Assembly: GCA_021802765.1 (NCBI GenBank)
Contig: JAJZRI010000003.1
Coordinates: forward strand, 27,919 to 91,918
DNA length: 64,000 nucleotides
DNA from: Candidatus Micrarchaeota archaeon
GTDB taxonomy: Archaea; Micrarchaeota; Micrarchaeia; Micrarchaeales; CABMGC01
Reading direction: 5' to 3'
Shown here: positions 57,545 through 64,000 of the stretch, in pieces
Layout of the letters: the number at the start of each line of letters is the position of its first letter
Numbering within the stretch: position 1 is the stretch's first letter
The notes under the pieces: model-generated
What the model saw: the letters and a program-made list of their open reading frames with translations, nothing else
Told to the model about the DNA's origin: nothing
Database searches by the model: none
Translations under genes and position numbers: made by a program

Positions 57545-58241
57545 GCGGAAGAAGCAGGAGCACGCCGCCGCAAAATAGTGCGCCAGCCGCAGAGCAGACG
57601 AGATTGGAGGTATACTTATTGCCTATCTTCATCTCCTCAAAATGGCCCAGCAAAGAGTCTATAAGGTTCCCGAATACTCCTCCAACAACCACGGCTGCAA
57701 ACACTACCACCGAGCCGCCAAGTGCAAATACTGTCAATCCTATAAGGAATGCTCCGGCAAGGCCAACTAAGCTGCCAAACCAGGTTATGCCACCAGACGT
57801 GCCGCGCCGGACTTTCTTGCTTGTCAGGATATCTTTTGGTTCCTGGTTTCCAAGCACGCCAAACTCACTGGCGAATTTATCTGCAGTTATTGCAGCCACG
57901 CTAGCCACAAATGCAAATATTATTATCTGGTCGTACTGTGGGCTCTGGCTCCAATACGTCTGCGATGCGAAGTAGAGCACAACCATTATAACAGGAACCA
58001 GGCCGTTTGCAACTACATTCTTCCAGCTGCGCGTCTTTTCATACCCTTTGAGGGTGCTCTTTGCATCCTCCTTTGCATGCGTTGCAAGAGCCGATAATAC
58101 AAGGAAATCAATAAGCACTGCTATGAAGAACCACCACATTCCCAGCCCAAGGTAGAAGATGATTATTCCAAAAGCCACAGCAAGCAGCGACCCGCTTATA
58201 TCAAGCGTGAAAAGCGATGCCATAAATGCTTTATAAATCAT
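57528..58241 (-). CDS. DUF92/TMEM19-family membrane protein
   Basis: RSWKNVVANG, ADKFASEFG, GTSGGIT..G, DSLLG motifs. Confidence 0.88.
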   Translation of the reverse strand: MIYKAFMASLFTLDISGSLLAVAFGIIIFYLGLGMWWFFIAVLIDFLVLSALATHAKEDAKSTLKGYEKTRSWKNVVANGLVPVIMVVLYFASQTYWSQSPQYDQIIIFAFVASVAAITADKFASEFGVLGNQEPKDILTSKKVRRGTSGGITWFGSLVGLAGAFLIGLTVFALGGSVVVFAAVVVGGVFGNLIDSLLGHFEEMKIGNKYTSNLVCSAAGALFCGGVLLLLPLSVLL

Positions 58242-58350
58242 CTATTTTAAAAGCCTTCTTGTCTTTTCCAAAGATTCCTGCAGGCAGTTTTATGGCAATT
58301 CGTAGAAACAGCTTAAATACTCCCAAAAAACAGGATCTATCTGTAATGGG

Positions 58351-58626
58351 ATGGCGCAAAAAACCACGGAAAACTGGGAACGCCTGTTCCTAAGGTTCGA
58401 TGGTAAAGTTGCAGGCATGGCTGCAGCGGTTACCGTGGCGTCACTGCTTCTCGCATCTTCTCCAGCCATTACACTTATAGCAAGCGGCGGAGCAGCGACA
58501 TTCGGTGTCATGGCCGCAGTGGATGCCAACAGGCTGCGACGAATTAGGCGCGACCAGAAGCGCAAGATTGCCACGACAAAAGAGGAACGGGCCAAGGCCG
58601 AGATATCTGCCCTAAAAAGACTATAA
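58351..58626 (+). CDS. Small hypothetical membrane protein
   Basis: Two hydrophobic helices followed by a basic tail; TTAAATA box upstream. Confidence 0.55.
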   Translation: MAQKTTENWERLFLRFDGKVAGMAAAVTVASLLLASSPAITLIASGGAATFGVMAAVDANRLRRIRRDQKRKIATTKEERAKAEISALKRL

Positions 58627-58719
58627 TAAAGGCTCAACACTTCCAAATCCATGGAAAAAGGACGTTCTACTTCCACTATTTAGTAAGCCTTTTAAAGCCA
58701 ATTATTCATATACAATTAC

Positions 58720-58800
58720 GAGTTCTCTATCATGGAGGAGTATAACTGGTCGCCTTGCCAGCACAAGCATTTATGCGTGTTGCTGGCCTCTTCCTTTTTA
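58720..58800 (+). ncRNA. Candidate structured small RNA
   Basis: TTTTAAAG box at 58690; GGAGGAG/CTCTTCC and GCCAGCA/TGCTGGC stems; followed by TTTTT. Confidence 0.3.
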
Positions 58801-58947
58801 TTCTTATTTACCTCGACAAACTGCGCTGCGAATCTTTTTTTGTGTATAGATTGAAAGTCGGTTAGGCACTGCCCCCAAGAAGGGATTTATATTCTTTCGT
58901 TGAGTAATATCTCTGCTTCCTTATTATTAAAAAGGTGTAATATTATT

Positions 58948-59898
58948 ATGGCAAAGGAAAAGGGCATAAAGGAACTTGAAGACCTTCCAGGAGTCGGGCC
59001 GACCACCGCCGAAAAGCTCAAGCAGCTTGGCTATGACACTATAGAGAAGATAGCAACAGCATCCCCACACGAGCTGGCAGAGCTTACTGGAATGAAGCTG
59101 GATGCAGCAAAGCAGGCAGTTGATGCCGCAAAGCAGGCAACAACTCTAGAGTTCAAGACGGCATCCGAGGTCGATGCAAAGAGAAAGTCCCTTGGAAGGA
59201 TACATACTGGCGCAAAGAGCCTCGATGAGCTTCTTGGTGGTGGAGTAGAGGCCAATGCCATAACCGAGGCCTACGGCAAGTTCGCCTCCGGAAAGACGCA
59301 GCTTGGCTTCCAGCTATCGGTCAATGTCCAAAGGCCCGTAGAACAGGGGGGCCTTGGGGGAAAGACGCTATTCATAGACACAGAGGGCACATTCAGGCCT
59401 GACAGGATAGAGCAGATAGCAAAGGCCGCAGAGATGGATACCAAGTCCGCTCTAGAAAACATACTAGTCGTAAGGGCTACAACCTCAGACCAGCAGATAT
59501 TGGCCATAGAGCGCGCAGACAAGCTCGTCAGGGAGAGCAACGTGAAGCTTATAGTGATAGACTCGCTGATGTCGCTCTTCAGGTCAGAGTACGTCGGAAG
59601 GGGCGCTCTAAACGAGAGGCAGGGCAAGCTCAACATGCACATACACAAGCTCCAGAAGCTGGCCGACACCTATGATCTTGCGGTGTACATCACAAACCAG
59701 GTGATGGACAACCCCGCAATACTCTTCGGCGATCCGACCACGCCGGTGGGGGGAAACATAGTCGCGCATGCTGCCACTACCAGGCTCTATATGCGCAAGT
59801 CGAAGGAGGACAAGAGGATAGTGAGGCTTGTTGACTCTCCCAACATGCCGGAGGGAGAGGCAGTGATAAAGATAACACCTGACGGAATAAAGGACTAA
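58948..59898 (+). CDS. radA: DNA repair and recombination protein RadA
   Basis: LPGVGP HhH, FKTA polymerisation motif, GKFASGKTQ, IDTEGTFRP, RLVDSP motifs. Confidence 0.97.
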   Translation: MAKEKGIKELEDLPGVGPTTAEKLKQLGYDTIEKIATASPHELAELTGMKLDAAKQAVDAAKQATTLEFKTASEVDAKRKSLGRIHTGAKSLDELLGGGVEANAITEAYGKFASGKTQLGFQLSVNVQRPVEQGGLGGKTLFIDTEGTFRPDRIEQIAKAAEMDTKSALENILVVRATTSDQQILAIERADKLVRESNVKLIVIDSLMSLFRSEYVGRGALNERQGKLNMHIHKLQKLADTYDLAVYITNQVMDNPAILFGDPTTPVGGNIVAHAATTRLYMRKSKEDKRIVRLVDSPNMPEGEAVIKITPDGIKD

Positions 59899-59910
59899 GG
59901 GACTGTTTTC

Positions 59911-60669
59911 GTGCTTGCACTTGTAGGAATAGGTCTCGATGCAAAGGACATATCTGTAAAGGCCCTAGAATTCCTAAAGAACGCCCAGGTAATATATGCC
60001 GATACATACACATCAATAACCAGCAGCGAGAGCCTTAAGTATATACGCGAAGACACGGGCAAGGAGATTATCCCGATAAGTCGCAGCCACATGGAGGAGA
60101 GGTTGGGCGACACCATAAAAGACGCTTCAAGGTTCGATATCGCCATCCTTGTTATAGGCGACCCGCTGGTAGCAACCACGCACCACATAATCCTGGAAGA
60201 GGCCGCAAGGCGCGGAATAGAGTCAAGAGTGTTTCATTCGTCCTCAATATTTTCGGCAGGCATAGGCGAGAGTGGCCTTGACATTTATAAGTTTGGTCCA
60301 ACAACCACGGTGCCATTCTGGAGCGAGCACTACAAGCCGACCTCATTTATTGACGTAATTGCAAAGAACCTGTCAAACGGCGAGCATACGCTCGTCTTAT
60401 TCGACCTCAACCAACCAACAGGAACGGCCCCAATGTCCATAGAGCAGGCCACACATATAATTAATATGGCTGACAGGGGCGGCGTGCTCGGCCCCGAAAA
60501 GAAGGTCCTCATACTTGCAGATATTGGAAGGGCGTCCCAATCCATAAAATATATAGAATTCTCAAGGGTCCCAGGCCTTGCCGGAGACCTTTCAGGCAGG
60601 ATATTATCCATGATCGTGCCATCCCAGATGAGCTTTGCCGAAGAGGAGTCGGTTAAGCGCTTCTCCTAA
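59911..60669 (+). CDS. dph5: Diphthine synthase
   Basis: LVGIGL, YADTYTS, GDPLVATTH, YKFG, HTLVLFD motifs. Confidence 0.93.
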   Translation: MLALVGIGLDAKDISVKALEFLKNAQVIYADTYTSITSSESLKYIREDTGKEIIPISRSHMEERLGDTIKDASRFDIAILVIGDPLVATTHHIILEEAARRGIESRVFHSSSIFSAGIGESGLDIYKFGPTTTVPFWSEHYKPTSFIDVIAKNLSNGEHTLVLFDLNQPTGTAPMSIEQATHIINMADRGGVLGPEKKVLILADIGRASQSIKYIEFSRVPGLAGDLSGRILSMIVPSQMSFAEEESVKRFS

Positions 60670-61712
60670 TCCTTCCAGTAACGCATAGTGTATATCAGCG
60701 CCACAAGCCCGAAACCCTGCACGAACCACACGCTTGCTATCCTAAAGAAGATGGTTATTGCCGAAGCCGCAGAAAGGTCTATCGTCGCAGGAAAGAATAT
60801 CTGAAGCTGGCCGATGAGAGCCACATCAGTAACCCCAAGGGTCCCGGGTATGCCTGTCACCATCCCAAGCACCAGCGACGATGAGAAGATGAATATGATT
60901 ACTGGTATCTGCGATAAATGAAGAGGGATCCCGAATGCAAGTATTGTGACATATAACGCCATGCCGTTGAGGAACATGCTGGGTATTGTAATCACCATCG
61001 AGTAGATGAACGATCCAAATCCAAGCTTCTTGTTATGCTTGAAGTAGAGCGTTGCCGTAGAGAAGACAGCATCAAGCCGCCTTAGCACGCCCCACCGCCT
61101 TCTGTACTTTACGAATTTACTTTTCACATAATTGAATGGGGTTTGGACATAAACAAAAAAGAACGGCACCATAAGAATCGTCGTGATTAGCAGCGCCACG
61201 AAGACGAATCGGCCTACTGCAATCGCTGCAACATCGGTTATAACAGCAAATCCCAAAAAATCAGTGAATATGTCCGCAACTACTGCGGGGAATGTTCGTG
61301 CGAAGTGCACTCCAGAAAGCCTGTTCATCGTATAGGAGACTATCGCCCTGCCCCACCTGCCCGGGGTCACGTCCATTGAGTACATCGACATGTATATGGC
61401 AAAATTCCTCCAGAAAGGTATTCGCACGCCAAGCCTTCTAAGGTAGAGCGACCATTTCGGATATCTTATGGTGTAGCTGAAGAGTATTATTCCAAGCGCC
61501 AGGGCGAAATAGCGCAAGTTTACCGATTCAAAAGTCGCCACAAAGGCATTCACCCCTTCCTTGTACATTGCGATAGCGGCTATTGCAGCAAATGTAAGCA
61601 GGCTTAAAGCGAATATTATGTATACTGCAGAACGCGCCGATCCAACAGCCTTTCTATACTGCTTTGCGGCGCGTATGCCATCAATATCCTTGATCTTGAT
61701 CTCTCCAGTCAT
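60666..61712 (-). CDS. Lysylphosphatidylglycerol synthase TM / flippase-like membrane protein
   Basis: Multi-TM; VTPGRWG, GIPGTLGVTD, FFRIAS motifs (UPF0104-like). Confidence 0.82.
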   Translation of the reverse strand: MTGEIKIKDIDGIRAAKQYRKAVGSARSAVYIIFALSLLTFAAIAAIAMYKEGVNAFVATFESVNLRYFALALGIILFSYTIRYPKWSLYLRRLGVRIPFWRNFAIYMSMYSMDVTPGRWGRAIVSYTMNRLSGVHFARTFPAVVADIFTDFLGFAVITDVAAIAVGRFVFVALLITTILMVPFFFVYVQTPFNYVKSKFVKYRRRWGVLRRLDAVFSTATLYFKHNKKLGFGSFIYSMVITIPSMFLNGMALYVTILAFGIPLHLSQIPVIIFIFSSSLVLGMVTGIPGTLGVTDVALIGQLQIFFPATIDLSAASAITIFFRIASVWFVQGFGLVALIYTMRYWKD

Positions 61713-61817
61713 GAAACCTACACAAACCTATTTTTCAGATCAATAATATAAATTCAGCACAAAGAAAAAAGCAGCAAAAATGAAAAAAAGAAAAGGAAAA
61801 GAAAAGGCGCTGCAATT

Positions 61818-62486
61818 CTATACAGCGCTTACCACAGGAAGTGACGCGTGGAATGTAGTCACAAGAGCTCCAACTATTGGTCCGATTACAACGCCAAGCA
61901 GGCCGATTGCAACCCATCCCATTACGAGCTTTGCCACAAGCATAACTACAAATCCTGTTGCTACAAGGTTCACAAAGGTCTCTACCCGCGTGTTCTTGTG
62001 CACGTTGCTCATCACTACAACCAGCACATAGAGGCTCCATATGAAAGCCACGAGCTGAATGAGTCCTCCTATCACAGGCAGGACTGTCAGCCAGAGCACA
62101 GCAAGGGGCAGGAACATTCCATACACAGCCGCAGTGAAAGTGGCTTCAAACCCTCCCTTGTAAACATTGAGTCCCTTTCCTATCCAGTGGAAGACCACGC
62201 TGAAGACAAGCAACCCTATAGGTACGAGCCCCCACATGTACATAACGGCAGCAGCCGCCAATATCCATGTCCAGCTTCCTGAAAAGCCGCTTACGAGCCC
62301 AGTGGCTGCCATCACTCCCTGCAGGGCAAATCCTGCGCCGGCAGCTACAACCACGAGCAGCACCAGTGGTATTACTGAAAATTGGTAATACAACGCCAGT
62401 GCGTCTCCAACTGTCTTAGCTGGTTTCTTTATGCTTTCGGGATGCAAAACTGCATCTATTCCATCTTTGAAGGTATCTAGTACCAT
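61818..62486 (-). CDS. Yip1-domain membrane protein
   Basis: About 5-6 TM helices; HWIGK...GGFEATF.A.VY, WSLYVLV motifs. Confidence 0.75.
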   Translation of the reverse strand: MVLDTFKDGIDAVLHPESIKKPAKTVGDALALYYQFSVIPLVLLVVVAAGAGFALQGVMAATGLVSGFSGSWTWILAAAAVMYMWGLVPIGLLVFSVVFHWIGKGLNVYKGGFEATFTAAVYGMFLPLAVLWLTVLPVIGGLIQLVAFIWSLYVLVVVMSNVHKNTRVETFVNLVATGFVVMLVAKLVMGWVAIGLLGVVIGPIVGALVTTFHASLPVVSAV

Positions 62487-62585
62487 CTTAATCCCGTATA
62501 CTATATCAAAATCAAAGCTTTTAAACCAAATCAAATATCCAAAACTATGGAACTATGCTATTGGTTGCACCAAAAAATACATAAC

Positions 62586-63203
62586 TTAGGCAGGCGCCTG
62601 CAGGGACGCCGCATAGACCGACGCATATGCAGTAAATATCACTGCAAGCACAATAAAGACCACAAGGCCCGCAACGAACGCGCTGGTCATCGAGGTTCCA
62701 TGCTGCTTTGAAAGGCCAACTACAAGCACATATATCCCATATATGAGTGCTATGAGATAGATTATACTGCCAAGCGCACCAAGGGTAACGGCAAACCAGA
62801 ATAACATTGATGAGAATTCCGCATATACAACCGCTGCAAACGTGTTGGCAAAGCCGCCCTTAAAGAAGCCAAACACCTTGCCTACTGCATGGATCATTCC
62901 AGCAATTATGAGAAGCACAAGCGGTATGAACAGCGGAGTTATTATCAGGCTTATGAGATACTGCTTATACAGATCAATAGTCAATTGCACCGAGTTATTT
63001 ACAAGATACGCAGTCGGAGCATTGGCAAGGGTCCCGGGAAGCGTAAGCATGACCACTATGGAGGCCAGAATGGTAAGGACTATCGGCACGACAGCGAATT
63101 TATAGTATGCCAAGAGCGCCTCCTTTACACCCATCTTCTTCTCGGTTCCCTTTCCCGGATGCGCAATGACGCCAAGCCCGTCTTTGAACGATTTAATGAA
63201 CAT
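62586..63203 (-). CDS. Yip1-domain membrane protein, tandem paralog
   Basis: HAVGK...GGFANTFAAVVY, YVLVVGLSKQH motifs. Confidence 0.75.
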   Translation of the reverse strand: MFIKSFKDGLGVIAHPGKGTEKKMGVKEALLAYYKFAVVPIVLTILASIVVMLTLPGTLANAPTAYLVNNSVQLTIDLYKQYLISLIITPLFIPLVLLIIAGMIHAVGKVFGFFKGGFANTFAAVVYAEFSSMLFWFAVTLGALGSIIYLIALIYGIYVLVVGLSKQHGTSMTSAFVAGLVVFIVLAVIFTAYASVYAASLQAPA

Positions 63204-63271
63204 AAAAACACGCTACTACGTGATTTATTTGCCTGGAAAAGTTTTTTAATTGATGTTGGCATAAGAGAACC

Positions 63272-64000
63272 ATGGACATATTCAATATAGTCACCGATTC
63301 GCTCAAGTCGCTCAAAAGGCATCCAAAGCTGCTATTCCCTGCCCTTATACTCACGCTCTTTGCCATCATCGTCGCATATGCCGCAAGCCATCTCTTTCTC
63401 AGCGCAATACCGGGCCCGGTCCTATCAAATCATCAACTGTATTCAAGAATTGCACTTGCTCTCACAAGAGTGGCCCCCACGCTTGCCCTGATATTTCTGC
63501 TCGTATTCCTTGCCGGCGTTCTGGTCAAGGGCATGTATGTCGACCTCTGCTACAACCAACGGAAGTATCCAAAGAGGCCGTCGCTGCGGCATTCATTCAA
63601 GGTAGCGCTCTCGAGATACAAGGACCTTCTGGTCTACGAGATAGCCGTTGCCTTGGTCTTCCTGGCGCTGCTTCTTATAACCATCGGTCCAATTCTCCTT
63701 CTAGCAAACAGTACGATAATACAGCCGTATCTGTCTGGAACGGCCATAAGCAGCCAATCATACATCAATCTCTCCGGCCTGCTCGTGATAATGCTTGTAG
63801 TGCTAGCCATCCTATACATTGCAGCCTCTATTCTACTCTGGCTCGGACCGCCGATAATCGTGCTCGATGCTACGGACGCAAAGAGGGCGCTTGAAATGAG
63901 CATCAATCTGGGAAAGAAGGAGCCGTTTAGGATATTTGGCACTATTGTGATAGCCTACCTTGTTGTTGCCATTGCCATTTTCCTTTCAAGGATACTTCAG
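63272..64000 (+). CDS. Multi-pass membrane protein, partial at window edge
   Basis: Open frame MDIFNIVTDSLKSLKRHPKLLFPALIL... continuing to the end of the window; not in the ORF track. Confidence 0.75.
   Translation, partial: MDIFNIVTDSLKSLKRHPKLLFPALILTLFAIIVAYAASHLFLSAIPGPVLSNHQLYSRIALALTRVAPTLALIFLLVFLAGVLVKGMYVDLCYNQRKYPKRPSLRHSFKVALSRYKDLLVYEIAVALVFLALLLITIGPILLLANSTIIQPYLSGTAISSQSYINLSGLLVIMLVVLAILYIAASILLWLGPPIIVLDATDAKRALEMSINLGKKEPFRIFGTIVIAYLVVAIAIFLSRILQ

Noticed and set aside
58720-58800. Fluoride riboswitch, tRNA-Sec or split-tRNA half
   Set aside because: Lacks the GGCGATG...CTGATG core, an anticodon arm and a T-loop; no crcB downstream

Overview
A 64 kb, gene-dense chromosomal segment from an archaeon. 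It is most consistent with a DPANN/Micrarchaeota-like, probably acidophilic organism. This placement is inferred from split RNAP A'/A'', thermosome, MCM, Cdc6, GINS, exosome/proteasome cluster, AglB, histone, bacterial-type gyrase and thermopsin, plus compact genes and fragmented conserved operons. About 72 CDS and 3 intron-less tRNAs (Lys-CTT, initiator Met, Gly-CCC) are supported. Three CDS are missing from the ORF track: the end of rpo1N, rpo12, and a partial membrane protein at the right edge. No CRISPR array, integrase, transposase or 16S/23S rRNA was seen. The most interesting observations are: (i) a convergent pair of paralogous Cys-His-Asp (transglutaminase/EDR1-like) enzymes in an orphan-rich patch next to tRNA-Lys, with orphans across the window sharing polar N-terminal leaders (a possible effector set); (ii) a sharp, gene-orientation-independent G/T to C/A skew inversion at about 52.1-52.4 kb, with an intergenic motif that flips orientation across it; (iii) an Mrp/Nbp35 ATPase lacking its Fe-S-binding CxxC, apparently co-transcribed with cdc6 and mre11; (iv) membrane-tethered wHTH regulators plus a presenilin-family protease; (v) an AglB with an extra membrane and His/Glu-repeat N-terminal module; (vi) a probable ATP-yielding arginine synthetase; (vii) two candidate structured RNAs. 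All family calls are by motif recognition only; no searches were run.
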